Below are positions 16,220 to 30,353 of a stretch of DNA of 64,000 bases, one piece after another. The position numbers and the translations under genes are program-made. A model generated the notes under the pieces. It was given only the letters and a program-made list of their open reading frames with translations, did no database searches and was not told the origin of the DNA. Source of the DNA: the human T2T-CHM13v2.0 reference genome, Homo sapiens; NCBI GenBank assembly GCA_009914755.4, contig CP068257.2:26176001-26240000 (forward strand), read 5' to 3'. The first letter of the stretch is position 1. Every line of letters begins with the position of its first letter.

Positions 16220-16592
16220 TGCATTAGTCTGTTCTCACACTGCTATAAAGAAATACCCGAGAATAGGTAATTTATAAAGGAAAGAGATTTAATTGACTCA
16301 CAGTTCTGCATGGCTTGGGAGGCCTCAGGAAACTTAACAATCACAGTGGCAGGGGAAGCGGGTACCTTCATCACAAGGTGGCAGGAGAGAGAGAGAGAGT
16401 GTGAAGGAGGAGCTGTCAAACACTTACAAAACCATCAGAACTTGTGAGAACTCATTCACTATCACGAGAACAGCATGGAGGAAACTGCCCCCATGATCCA
16501 ATCACTTTGCACTGAGTCCTTTTCTTGACATGTGGGAATTGCGGGGATTACAACTCATGAGATTTGGGTGGGGAGACAGTCAAACCTTCTCA
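16220..16592 (-). mobile_element. MaLR solo LTR (THE1/MST-like), antisense
   Basis: Reverse complement of the THE1-type LTR: 'tgcattagtctgttctcacactgctataaagaaatacccgagaataggtaatttataaaggaaagagatttaattgactcacagttctgcatggcttgggaggcctcagg...actgcccccatgatccaatcac...gatttgggtggggagacagtcaaacc' (cf. consensus 'tgtattagtcc...gggtaatttataaag...ctgcccccatgattcaattacctccc...gatttgggtggggacacagccaaaccatatca'). Confidence 0.8.
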
Positions 16593-17519
16593 ACTTTATA
16601 TTGTAATATTAAATATAATGTGTTTCAATGTATAGGTTGTGGGTGCCTAGAGTCCCAGGGTCCTCGTATCGAGTCGTATTGGTTTGCAATGCTGTGTGAC
16701 AAATCACCAAAAACTTAAAAGCTTAAAACAATTCCCAGTATCCATGGGGCAAAAATCCAGATATAGCTTATCTGGATTCTCTATTCAGAATCTCACAGGC
16801 TGCAATCAAGGTGTCAGATGGTGAGCAGGTCTTATTTGAGGTTCTGGGTCCTCTTTTAGGCTTACATGGTTGTTGGCAGAATTTGTTTTTTGTGATTGTA
16901 GGACTGAAAGCCCTCAGCTCCTAGGTCTTCTGCCATTCCCTACCATGAAGCTTCCTGATCAATGACAGTTTGCTTCTTCAAAAGTAGATGACAGTCTCCA
17001 ACTTGTTCCTAATCTCTGTATCCTCTTTTAATAGGCTCAACTATGTCAGATTTGTCCATACCCTTTTGATCAAGGTACCGTCAACTTGATATCTGCAAAA
17101 ATCTGTTCATGCTTGCCACATAAAATAACATGATGACAGAAGTTATATACGATAATTGGTATCATGATCTAATAGTTAAAACTAAATTACAGCCCTGACC
17201 ACATTCAAGATGAGAGGGTTATATATTAGTGTGGGCCATTGAGGGTCATTTTAAGACTATATCTGAAATGCCAACCTAGCCTGATGATGCCTTACTAAGA
17301 AATGATTTTAAGTTATTGGGTAATAATTGTGAAATTTATGAAGTGACAGTATAATACATCTCCTTTGCAATAAGTTAAAACATTTTATATGTGACAAATA
17401 ATAGCTTATTGCCATTGAACATATTAAAATAAAAGTAAAAATATTGTGAATTTTGATGGAGTCTATTACTCAAGTACTATTTTTTAATTAATAGAAGTAA
17501 TAGCAAAACCAAAATTATT

Positions 17520-18512
17520 TTTTAACTTTTGTTTGTAGTTCAGTGGTACAGGTGCAGTTTTGTTATATAAGTAAATTGTGTGTCACAGGGGTTTGGTGTA
17601 CAGATTATTTCACCACCCAGGAAATAAGCACAGTACCTGATAGGTCATTTTTCAATCTTCACCCTCTTCCATCAGGTAGGCCCTAGTGTCTACTATTCCC
17701 TTCTTCGTGTCTATGTGTATTCAATGTTTAACTCCACCTTACAAGTGAGAACATGGGCATTTGGTTTTCTGCTTCTTTGTTAGTTCACTTAGGATAATGA
17801 CCTCCAACTCCAACCACATTGCTGCAAATGATATGATCTCATTCATTTTTATGGCTGTGTAGTATTTCGTGGTGTATATATACCATATTTCTTTTGTCCA
17901 GTCGACCACTGATGGGTATTTAGGTTGATTCCATGTGTTTGCTATTGTGAATAGTGGTATGATGAACAGATGTGTGCCTGTATCTTTATGGCAGAACATT
18001 TTCTATTCCTTTGGATATATACCCAATGGTGGGATTGCTAGGTTCAATGGCAATTCTGTTTTGAGTTATTTGAGAAATTGCCAAACTGATTTTCACAATG
18101 GCTTAAATAATTTACATTCCCACCAGCAGTGTATAAGCATTTCTTTTTCTTCTGAATCTTGCCAACATCTGTTGTTTTTTGACTTTTTAATATTAGCCAT
18201 TCTGACACGTGTGAGATAGTATCTCATTGTGGTTTTGATTTGAATTTCTCTAGTGATTAGGGATGTTGAGCATTTTTTTTGTATGCTTATTGGCCACATT
18301 TATGTTTTCTTGTGAAAAGTGTGCATTCATGTCCTTTACCCACTTTTTAATGGGGTTGTTTTACTCTTGTTGATTTAAGCTCCTGATAGTATCTGGATAT
18401 TAGGTGTTTATTGGATGCATAGTTTGTAAATATTTCCTTCCCATTCTGTAAGTAGTCTGTTTAATCTGTTGATAGTTTCCTTTGCTCTTCAAAGGCAACT
18501 ATTTCTGGCCGT
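17520..18512 (-). mobile_element. L1 3' end (ORF2 C-terminus plus 3'UTR), antisense, 5'-truncated (~1 kb)
   Basis: Antisense L1 3' motifs: 'acaagtgagaacatgggcatttggttttctg', 'gataatgacctccaactccaaccacattgctgcaaatgatatgatctcattcatttttatggctgtgtagtatt', 'ccagtcgaccactgatgggtatttaggttgattccatgtgtttgctattgtgaatagtg', 'ttacattcccaccagcagtgtataagc', 'gccattctgacacgtgtgagatagtatctcattgtggttttgatttgaatttctc'. Minus-frame ORF 17739-17999 encodes an L1 ORF2 C-terminal-like peptide (…YYTAIKMNEIISFAAMWLELEVIILSELTKKQKTK…). Confidence 0.9.
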
Positions 18513-20814
18513 TACGTGCTTTATTTTTTTTAATTGTAAAAGTGGCAATTTTTAATTTACAAAATAGAACAAAGAAACACAAAATAGGGTCATCTATGTC
18601 AAGCAATTAATAATTTCCTAAAGAAAGATCAACCTGGATTTCAGAAAAGCACACTAGTCAATTACAGATCGACTTGCCCAAATGATGATTAAAGGACAAT
18701 ATCTGGAATATAGGTTGCAGAATGCCTCTCAAATATCTGAGATTCACACATTCCAGAATACCACGAAAACTAAACAAACAACAAAGCAATACTTAAACAT
18801 CCGAGATTTCCCAGAGCTTGTATAAAATAGCATGCTAACTCACTCTGGAAAGCACAGGCTGTTTATCCTTCCAGATACAGAAGAAAAATTGAATCTGTTA
18901 ACTGCTCTGTCTCTTCTATCTCCCCCTGAATGATCTCCACATTTAAGAGGTTTTTGCTAGAAGATAAAAAAGCATCCATGTGGATATCATTTAATAAAGA
19001 CTCCTAATTTTGTTCCATAAAAAAGCATTTGACTTCAGAAAAGTTGTTATGTTTTCAAATTGTAAGGCTGTTAGTCACAAGCACACTAAGCCAAATATAT
19101 CACCAAGGAAGGGATTAGGTGCCTCTACAAGTGAAATGGTTGAAATTTAAAATATTGCAAAATATTTGAAATGAATGTTTGAAAAGAAACTATCACCAGA
19201 GTAAACATTCTCTAAGACACTCAAACCAGTTTACCCAACACTTATGAATGGCATTCCACACTGATCACTGGTAAATCTCTGTATATTATGGCTTTTGAAC
19301 CCAAACACCTTCAATTTTTCTTAATACTCTGTGTTCTGTCCTGGCATTCCATTCTTACACAGAATTAAAGCTATATGTGGCTGAAAGTGATCTGAAGTAG
19401 CTTTATTGTGGTTAGATTGCACCCAAATTAGATGAAGCACAACAAATTTACAAAAACAAAGTAGAAAAACAGACTCCTTTATTTTTGAATGACCGATCAA
19501 AGACTGTAGAGACATTATAGACCCATGTAAACCAAATTCTGTAGGAGTAATTATGTATAAAAGAGCTTCCAATCTACCTCTCCGTTCTGAGAAATAAAAG
19601 GCATTGCTCAGATAAAATGCAGAAAGTCCAACAACTGTGCTATGTAAAAACCTGGAGGACATCTGGGCTCTGAGTCTTAATCAATTTACAATAATAGTCT
19701 TTCAAGTCAATCTGATCAGTGGCTTTGAGTTGATTTGTATTGTTTGACTGCTGGAATCTCTATTTTTGGATCCCAAGGGCATGGTGATGTCTAAGACATC
19801 AGTGTCCTCTGAAAATAACATGGGTGCTGGCAATGACCGGACCTCAAACATTAAAAAAAAAATGGCGATTAACAATTTCCCATACACTTGCAAACATTTA
19901 TGACATGTTCTTTCATCATTCCTTGTGAATGAAATATGAAAATATAGAAAATCCTACCATTTATTTAACCCCAAATTACTCCAGTCAGATTCCTTTTATG
20001 AAGATTACAGTGCAGATAAAAATATAAAAAGCTTGAGGGCAGTAAGGATGCTATATAATTCTACCTGTAGATCTTTCCTTTCCTAAGTAGTATTAATCAT
20101 TTGTGCTGTACTTCATATACAGACCTCACGAAGTCAATCTCCCTGCCTCTTTGCACATTGCTTTGCTTTGACTAGATGTGGACTTGTGACTAGGTCTTCC
20201 TGATGAAGTTTGAGGGTAGGGGGAGACTCCAAGCTCCCTTTTATTCTAGCATGTCAATCAGCAAAATCGGCAGCAAGAAGAGACTGACATGAGTAGAACC
20301 ATGCTTCTCTCAATATGAGATTGACATTAGCTTACATAGGAAATAATAGATAGTATTTTAAGTCACTCAAGACTTTGAGGTTGCTTATTGAAGCACAATG
20401 GAAATCAAACTGGCTGACACAATTTTCGTAGCAGAAACTTAAAAATTATTGTTAATAATTCTGATAATAGTAATGGCTTAGAGAAATATGGATATAAAAG
20501 ATACATCTTATACATGCATGATTCATAGTTAAGGAGCCTAGCTTTTCCTCAAGTATAAATATCAATGCAAGCGTCTTACTAGTGAGATTTGTGTTTGCAT
20601 GATTGAACACAAATTGACCCTGAATCCATTAAACAATTTCTTTTATTTTTTTCTTTCTAATTCCACTTATTCTTTCATACATTTAAGTATATTGATTAAT
20701 CAATAAGCATGTTGATTTATAGCACAGATTTTAATGACATACAACCTTCAGTTGATTTAGCACGTTAAACTATATCACATATTAACCAATTGAAGCTCCA
20801 TATATGTAGATTGT

Positions 20815-22630
20815 TTTATTATTAATATATAATTGTTATACATATTTTTGGAGTACACATGATATTTTGATACTTGTATATAAAGTGTAATGATCAAATC
20901 AGGTAACTGGAATATCCGTCATCTCAAACCCTTATTTTTTTCTTTGACTCGAAAACATTCCAATTCTTCCCTTCTAGTGATTTTAAAATATACAATAAAT
21001 TGTTGTTAACTACATCTTCCCTGTTGTACTATTGAATATTAAAACTTATTCCTTCTGTCTATACATCTGTACACATGAACCAACTTCTTTTCAATCTCAC
21101 CCTTCCCTACCCTTCTTAGCCTTTGGTTACCATCATTCTACTCTCTATCTCTGTGAGATTCACTTTTTTAGCTTCCACATATAAGTGAAAACATGTGATA
21201 TTTGTCTTTCTGGGCCTGGTATATTTCACTTAACATAATGACCTCCAGTTCCACCAGTGTTGCTGCAAATAATAGAATTTCATTCTTTTTAATGGCAGAA
21301 TTGTATCGCACTGTGTATATAAACATCACATTTTCTTTATCCATTCATTGGTTGATTTAAACTAAGATTGATTTCATATCTTGCCTCTTGTGAATAGTGC
21401 TACAATACACATGGGATACAGACATCTTTTTGATATACTGAAGTCCTTTATTTTGTTGATGTGCCTAGCAGTGGGATTGCTGGATCATATCATAATTCTA
21501 TTTTTAGTTTTTTGAGGAAACTTTATACTGTTTGTATATTGGCTATATTTATTTACAATTCCACCAACAGTTTAGGAGTGGTTCCCTTTCTCTGCATCCA
21601 CACTAGCATCTATTATTTTTTGTATTTTTAATAAACTATATTAGCTGGGGTGAGATGATACCTTATTGTTGTTGTGATTTGCACTTCGCTAATGATTAGT
21701 GATGTTGAGCATATTTTCATATACCTGTTGGCAATTTATATGTCTTCTTTCAAGAAATTTCTACTGGGTCTTTTGCCATTTTTAATAGGGTTGTTATATT
21801 ATTATTATTATTATTTTGCTATTGTTTTAGTTATTTTTATATTCTGATTGTTAATTTCTTGTTGGATGGATAGTCTGCAAATATTTTCTCCCATTCTGTA
21901 GGATGTCTCTTTTTTCTGTTATCAACAACAGAATGAAGCATTTATTCAATGGTTTCTTCTAGTAGTTTCATAGTTTCGGGTATTATATTTAAGTCTTTAA
22001 TTTATTTTGATTTGATTTTCATATATCATCAGAAATAGGGTCCTAGTATTACTTTTTTGCATATGAAGATCTAATTTTTTTCCACAACCATTAATGAAGG
22101 GACTTTCCTTTCCCCAATGTACATCTGTGGCATTGTCAAAAATGAGTTGGTTGTAACTGTGTGGACTTATATTTGGGTTTACTATTTTATTTTTTTGTTC
22201 TACATGTCTGTTTATATGAGAGTACCATGTTGTTTTGGTTACTATAGTTTTGTAGTATATTTTTAAATCAGATAATATGATGCCTTCAGCTTTGTTCTTT
22301 TTGCTCAGTATTTCTTTGGCTATTTGGAGTCTTTTGTCTTTCTATATGAATTTTAGAATTGAATCTGTAGGTTGCTTTGGGTAGTATTTACAAAATTAAT
22401 TCTTCTAATATATGAATATGGAATATCTTTCAATTTTGTGTGTCCTCTTCTATTTTCTTTCATCAGTGTTATATAGTTTTTATTGGAGAGATCTTTAATT
22501 TCTTTGGTTAAATTTATTTCTAGGCATTTTTTGTAGCCATTATAAATGAGATTGCTTTCTTAATTCATTTTTCAGTTTGTTCACTGTTGGTATATAGAAA
22601 TGCTTTTGATTTTTATAGACCCCTAACAAC
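20815..22630 (-). mobile_element. L1 3' portion (older L1PB/L1MA-like), antisense, ~1.8 kb
   Basis: Antisense old-L1 3'UTR/ORF2 motifs: 'gtacacatgatattttgatacttgtatataaagtgtaatgatcaaatcaggtaactggaatatccgtcatctcaaaccc', 'acatataagtgaaaacatgtgatatttgtctttctg', 'taacataatgacctccagttccaccagtgttgctgcaaataatagaatttcattctttttaatggc', 'tgataccttattgttgttgtgatttgcacttcgctaatgattagtgatgttgagcatattttcatatacctgttggcaatttatatgtcttc', 'ttctcccattctgtaggatgtctctttt'. Confidence 0.85.
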
Positions 22631-23306
22631 CTCTTCCTCCCAACTTTACATATGCTTGTCATGCTTTATGAGCAAATATAATGCTGTACCAAAGAAAAAG
22701 CCCATCTATCTACCTTATCAACTTAATTAATCTACCAGAGTAGATATGATACTGTTTTGAAAGGATGTGATGAACTTTAGCTTTCTACATATTTCAGTGA
22801 TTACTTCAATTGTTATACAAAATATACATTGCTTTTTGAAATAAATAAAATTCATTTTAAAAAGTTGTTATTTTTCAAAAACTAAACTAAGTTTTATAAC
22901 ATATTGAAATTAAATTAAATTAAATTTAAATTAATGTTAATTTCCATCATATGTGAACCACATTATATAGTAAAGTAAAAGGTCAACTAATGTAGGAGTA
23001 ATGTTTCAATGATGAATACAGTTCTTAGACTTAATAGTGAAAGCATATCTAATCTAGTATTCTAGGAATGCATTACAAGGGATCAGACAAAGGGAAAAGA
23101 AGGCAGCACAATATTTTAAAAACTATCATTAAATAGACATTTAAAATTTTGAACACATAAAAAAAATCCTCCCAAATTAACAATAGCAGCTTTAAACTAT
23201 TAGAGGGAGGGAGAGGGTCTTGCCTTATGAACTGGGAAAGCAGAGGAAGGAGCAGTATAAGATTGATGGTTCTGTTTTGAGGTAAGCATTACAGGATATT
23301 CAAACA

Positions 23307-23390
23307 TTGAAGAAACTTACAACAGAAACTTGAATTCAGCCCTGTCATTGAAGAAACTTACAACAGAAACTTGAATTCAGCCCTGTCATT
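23307..23390. repeat. Perfect 42-bp tandem duplication (2 identical copies)
   Basis: ttgaagaaacttacaacagaaacttgaattcagccctgtcat at 23307-23348 and again at 23349-23390, 42/42 identical. Confidence 0.97.
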
Positions 23391-23496
23391 TTTCACCGGT
23401 CTCCCCAGGAAAGCACTGACCTGCCTAGGGAGTGAGGAGAAAAGTCTCCTGAGAACCATTCTTTCACATGCATAACCCCTAAAATAAAATTAAACA

Positions 23497-23785
<289 letters not shown>

Positions 23786-24139
23786 TTACTTTGAAGTCAG
23801 CCATACTTGCAATCCCTAATTTCAGTGGATTGCCTCAAAATATTGCCCATTTGGTTTAAACTTATTTCAAAATGTAAAAATATGTCATTCTGTCATTAAA
23901 TTTTGAGTTTACACATAAACTTGAACGAACAAAGTGTAATTGGTTGCTAGATCCATATTCTTCAGATATGAGATCATGACAAAGAATTAAAAATCCTAAG
24001 ATTGTTTAAAAAGAAGATTCAGAATAAAATAAGTTAAAAACCAATGACAAACATGAAATCTTTAATACTTTTGACCAAGGTCAATTTTAGAGTCATTGAT
24101 TATTTGAACCAAAAACTTCATTTGAAAAATGGCAGAGGA

Positions 24140-24470
<331 letters not shown>

Positions 24471-27400
24471 TATCAGAGGAAATACACTGGGGAAAAGTAA
24501 TGACCAATATCTGCCATCTTAGCATAGCCCACAACAAAATCAGATCTCTCATTTATTTTTCTTAACAGTATCTGCCTTCAGTTTAAGAATAATAGAAGTT
24601 TTTCTGAATATATCTTTTAATGTCGGTCTTGTCTATTCGTTTAACTTCACAATGATATAAAGTTTCATGGTATCTTTTACTTTCCTCTGTTCCCTTCACC
24701 CCAAACACGCTATACAAAATAAAACCATTTTTTATGTCTTTTCTAATAAGAGGTTATATACAATGTCAACACCTGCATTTTTATGTTAGAGGTTAAATCA
24801 GAACTTAGGGTTAACTTGGAGCACTTCCTGTCACCTTAGTGGTGGGGTGCCTCTTTTGAAAACAGAATAAGACAACTTCTGATTCCAACTCTGCATACTG
24901 AGGAGCAACTGATGATTTATTTCTGTGTCCCAGGTCCCAGAGGAAGGCTGGAGAACAGTCAAGTTGTTGTTCCCGACATCAGTGGTTTTGGCAATTATAG
25001 CATAAGAGAGAAACAGTCACAAGTTGAAAACATAAGCCAGTTTACTTTTTTAAATATTGCCACAAGAAAATAACTCACCTATTAATAAAAAAAAGTGGAC
25101 CTATAGTTAAAATTATATTTATAGCTTGATCTTGATATTGTCTTTTTTCCTAAAAGAATGTTTTCCATATAATTTACTATAGTGTTTCTTTGAAAAAATA
25201 TTAAAAATAATTAATTTATATATTTATGCAAGGAAGTTGAAGAGCTCCTGCTCAAAAATGGAAATTGGTGGCTACTTTGTATTGATGAATGTGTAGTTAT
25301 AGTATTTAAAATATGATTCCAAAGACTGCATAAGAGAAATTAAAATTTGATATTAAAAATGGGTAAATAGAAGTATTTCAAATTTATTTTCTGGTTGACT
25401 TCAAAATAATACTTAAAAGTTAAAACTAAAATATGGCTTTTACTTCATCATATAAGCTTATGTTTGGCTTAAAAACTGGTAAATTCTATTGAATTATAAA
25501 ATTTGTGTCTTGTTCTGTTAAGTTAGCCTTGGCCTCAGAGCAATAGTTTGCATAAGCAGTTGGAAGTGTTCACTTTTTTTTTTTCTAAATCTGAGGTCAC
25601 TCTTCCGCCCAACTAACTAAATTTAATGTTGAAACCTGTATTTAACTGTTAGTAACTAAATACACAACAGAGTTTTCAGTCATCTAACACTTAATATTAA
25701 CTTCTCAAACAGTTGGCCTTAACATCATAATTTGAAGCCCCCAAAAAATGGATTTTTACTTAATATCTTTCAATCAATATCCAGTAATATCATTGTTTGA
25801 GAGAACCTGGATTTTGACAGTTCCTCAATACTATGTTTCATATGCAATGGAAAAATATGATATTAATTGACAGAAATATATAAAATCCAGATAGATCTGA
25901 TGTGCAAATTATAATTTAATGTCTTAATTGATACTTTGAAATAATTTTATTTACCTCAAATACTATACTCATAACTATCTCTTCTAGAATCAGAGAAAAC
26001 ATAAGAATATTTTCTGGTTTATTCTAGCCCTTCAATAAATCGATTAGATAATCCTCTATTCAACACTGGACCTATGGAGGGCCAATGGAGCCCCTCCAAG
26101 TAAGATTGAAATATTCCAAATAAACTAATCCTACGTGGATGCAATCTTTGCACTCACAATTTGTAAACTTTGAATTGATATTAGACATTAGAACACAGTA
26201 GTACGTGTTACAAGCTGCCTCTCCAAAATCAATGCCTTCACTATAGAACTTGCCTGAAGCAATGACTAAAACCAAGATTATCTCTGAACCATCAGAGATA
26301 GAAAATTCTGGGATGATTTCTACGTTTTGTGTTTTTGGAAGGATGAGTTATTGTGTCTCATTATAGATAATGAGACTCATTGTTTGGACGGCAAGTTATG
26401 GAACCCATCAACATACAAATTCTATGGTGAAAGGAACCATTACTTTAAGTGACTTATGTGCCACTTGCTGAGTCAAATTAAATGATAAATCAACTGCTAA
26501 AAGAAAAAATTGCACAAACTATTTATAACCTGAAACTTGGGGCTCGACTCACTGATATGTAAGACTTATCTGCCCAAACACTAAATTTCTTGCTGTTAAT
26601 GCATTTCCTTGTCTATCCACATCACTTCTTCATCTCATTGAGTCTTTGGTTTTCAGACACTCTATTATTAACTTACTCATCATCATTTCTACTCTCATAA
26701 AAAGCCTGTTTTCATTGATAGTCACTGAATAAACACATACTGAGGACCTGCCATATTTCAAAGGAAATTCACAAAGGATGAAACTGACAAGCAAGAAATG
26801 CACAGGGCCCTAAGGTGACTTGGAGGCTTTCAGATTAATGCTGTGGTAAGAGATGACATCACATTTTGAGAAATGACAAGCTTCCACTAAGAGTTAGGAT
26901 TTTCTCTTTGTACTCCTCCTTTCCTACCTGTACTTTACAATTGGAATAATGACCAAGAATAACATAGAATGAAACTTGGCTTCATAAATAATAACAATTG
27001 AAAAGAAGCATTTATAGAACATTTATTAAAACTAAGTAGGTGAGCACAAACTGAATAGTTCTACTTAAAAATTAATAGACAGATATGCTTCTGTATCTTG
27101 GTAACAGATGTCTTAAGTTAAATTGACATGACATGAATTGTACTTTCAGTTACTTCAATGATGGAGTATCCATCTTTTAAAGATTACTCTGCATTGGCAC
27201 CTTCAAACTAACTTGGCATTGTTCCTCTAAATGTCCTTGGCTCAAAATGTTTTACAATAAACTTCTAAGCCAGTGCAGGCAGAATCTTGGCTTTTATGGG
27301 ATCTGCCTCTGCCCACTTCAGGATACGTGTTATAATAAGCAGACACGCTGTTTTTTCATTATTAATAATTTAGCATATTCTTTCATATCTACCAAACATC

Positions 27401-28454
27401 AACGTTTAATTCCAATTTTATTTTGTAAACACAAGTTTATGTAAACACTTTTTAATACCTGAGAATTTGCCTTGCCTTTAAAAGCAGAAGCACAGAGAAA
27501 AGAAGAAACAAGATGAAGGACTAGGTCAAAATGACTACAATTAAAGGCATTGAAATTACATTGCCAAGCTTTTTTGTTTGGTAATTATCTGCTTTGTAAT
27601 TTTGGGAAAATAATCTCCCTCTTCCAATATTATGTATTATTAAATGGTAATTTTATATAGTTTATTTCTTGAGATGTTTCCTTAGTCATAATAGAAGTGA
27701 AAAAGTTCAAATGCTTAATAGCATTTCACTTTTACATTTTTTATCATCATACTTTTTATTTTTTCTCTATATCTGCGTAATTTCATTTATGTTTATACAA
27801 ACAAGAAAATCACCCTGCTTTATGGAACTTCTGAGTATTTAATTCATCTTTATATCAACTTATTTTATATATGAGCAAGTAAAATGCAAATATAGAAATA
27901 TGTGCCACAATTAGACATCATTTAAATTATATTTGAATGGTCAGATTTTTTTTGTCTCACTAAGCATGAACAAATGATGGTGGGTTTTCATAGAGAAGGT
28001 GTCTGGGCATTGCAAATGTGCAGAGTTCTGACAGTTCAAAGGCCTGTGCCATTGGGAAAAGCTAAAGCTGCCCAAAGTCAATTATTTACTCCTCAGCAAA
28101 GACTGTAAAGAAGCACAATGAACATGATAGTGGTCTGTAGGCCTAGTTGTGAACTAAAATAACCTAGGAAATTTTAACAGTCTCTGATGCCAAGTCTTAT
28201 TGCTAAACTCTGATAATTGCTCTTAAATTCATTAAAGAATATGACACTTGAAATAAACTTGGAGGTATATTAAATACATTTACTGTTAGGAAGAATGATG
28301 TGGAATTGGCAACATTTTATTATGTGTTGAAATTAAAAGGCAATTTCTAGTTAATGACATTTTATGCAATTTCATTTCTCAACAGGGGCCTAGAAAATGA
28401 GGGCAATCTTACAACATTTATAAACATGTCGTTCGCGGTTAATTCTTAAAATAT

Positions 28455-28835
28455 TTTTTATTATACTTTAAGTTCTGGGATACATGTGCAGAGCATGCAG
28501 GTTTGTTACATAGGTATACACATGCCATGGTGGTTCGCTGCACCCACCAACCCATCATCTACATTAGGTATTTCTCCAAATGCTATCTCACCCCTAGGCG
28601 TCCACCCCCTATAGGCACTGGTGTGTCATGTTTCCCTCTCTGGTCTTGTGTTCTTTTTGTTCGGCTCCCACTTATGAGCGAGAACATGCGGTGTTTGGTT
28701 TTCTGTTCTTGTGTTAGTCTGCTGAGAATGATGATTTCCAGCTTTATCCATGTCCCTGCAAAGGACATGAACTCACCCTTTTTTATGGCTGCATAGTATT
28801 CCATGGTGTATATGTGCCACATTTTCTTTATTCAG
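28455..28835 (-). mobile_element. L1 extreme 3' end (L1PA-like 3'UTR plus end of ORF2), antisense, ~380 bp, 5'-truncated
   Basis: ttttttattatactttaagttctgggatacatgtgcagagcatgcaggtttgttacataggtatacacatgccatggtggttcgctgcacccaccaacccatcatctacattaggtat...cttatgagcgagaacatgcggtgtttggttttctgttcttgtgttagtctgctgagaatgatgatttccagctttatccatgtccctgcaaaggacatgaactcaccctttttt atggctgcatagtattccatggtgtatatgtgccacattttcttt. Near-identical to the L1PA/L1HS 3' terminus in reverse complement. Minus ORF 28583-28822 encodes an L1 ORF2 C-terminus-like peptide (MWHIYTMEYYAAIKKGEFMSFAGTW…). Confidence 0.92.
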
Positions 28836-29959
28836 GGTTAATTTTATTTCTCCATTGAGTTAATCAGGCATGTCTTTCCTGAAATTAGGACTTGTCTATG
28901 ATTCTGTAAGTGTACAATAAATAAATTTTAAAATAGTTTTAAAAATCACTACATTAGGAAAAAAAGAGATAAATTAATAAAGATGAAAATTTAAGTCATT
29001 GAGTCCTCCTGTAGTATCTATTATGGTATTCAAATATATATAACTTGAATTGTACTGAAAATTCAAATGCATATAAAAAATTATTTAAGAGTTGGAAATA
29101 AGACAAAAATTGGGTGAAATAGTTTTTTTCAGTTGTTTAGTGGGATTGTTTAGTTTTCTAATAATAATACAGTTATGTTTGAAAATGATTTATTATTTGC
29201 TCAGAAGCTACTATGAAATTACATATTAACTTTAAGATTTCTTCCTAAAAGAGATTATATTCCTGAAGATTATGTGTCATTGTCATTTCACATCTCCCAT
29301 AGAAGTCTTATGCTAACATTCTTTTCTCCAAATGTCTAGAAATATCCAGTTTCTCAAATATTTTTGACCCATCTTTATCAACTTAACTGGTCTGTCATTA
29401 ATCAGTTGAATACATTTTTGGCACATGTCTATTCTGTTTCTATGTGAATCTTTTTTTAACTTTTTGAAATTTTACTTTGAAAACAATGCCTATGTACATT
29501 GCCAAACTATGTTAAAATGAAAAGGGACAATTTTCTCACATCTTAACAGGCAATATACACAGGCATTCAAAAGATTCTAATCTATTTAACTATTTATTAT
29601 TATATTGATAAGAGCATTTTTGATGTACGTGCATCACTGTTTTATTTTTCATGTATTTCAATATAATTTAAAACATCATTTTATCTTTTTTATGAAAAAT
29701 TAGATTTAGTATTCACAAGGATGAGAAAGGAGTTTTACAGTCTTACTGGGTAACCAATATTCACTCATAGATATCTAAGAAAAGCATTGCTATAATCAGG
29801 TCATAAACAATCATTTAGTCAACACGTCCATGGCTCTGCTTCAGTGGCCCAAGTCTATCTGGGAGTCATAAGCAAGGGGTTCCCGACATGCTTCATTTTG
29901 GGATGAAGAGGAAACATTTTTCTAGTTTGGGCTTTACTATATTGAAATCAATACACTGA

Positions 29960-30353
<394 letters not shown>

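Noticed and set aside
19321-19662. 113-aa minus-strand ORF in unique sequence
   Set aside because: No start context, no splice-site-like boundaries, no recognisable domain, and AT-rich hydrophobic composition typical of random ORFs in AT-rich DNA. It cannot be supported as coding without conservation or expression data.
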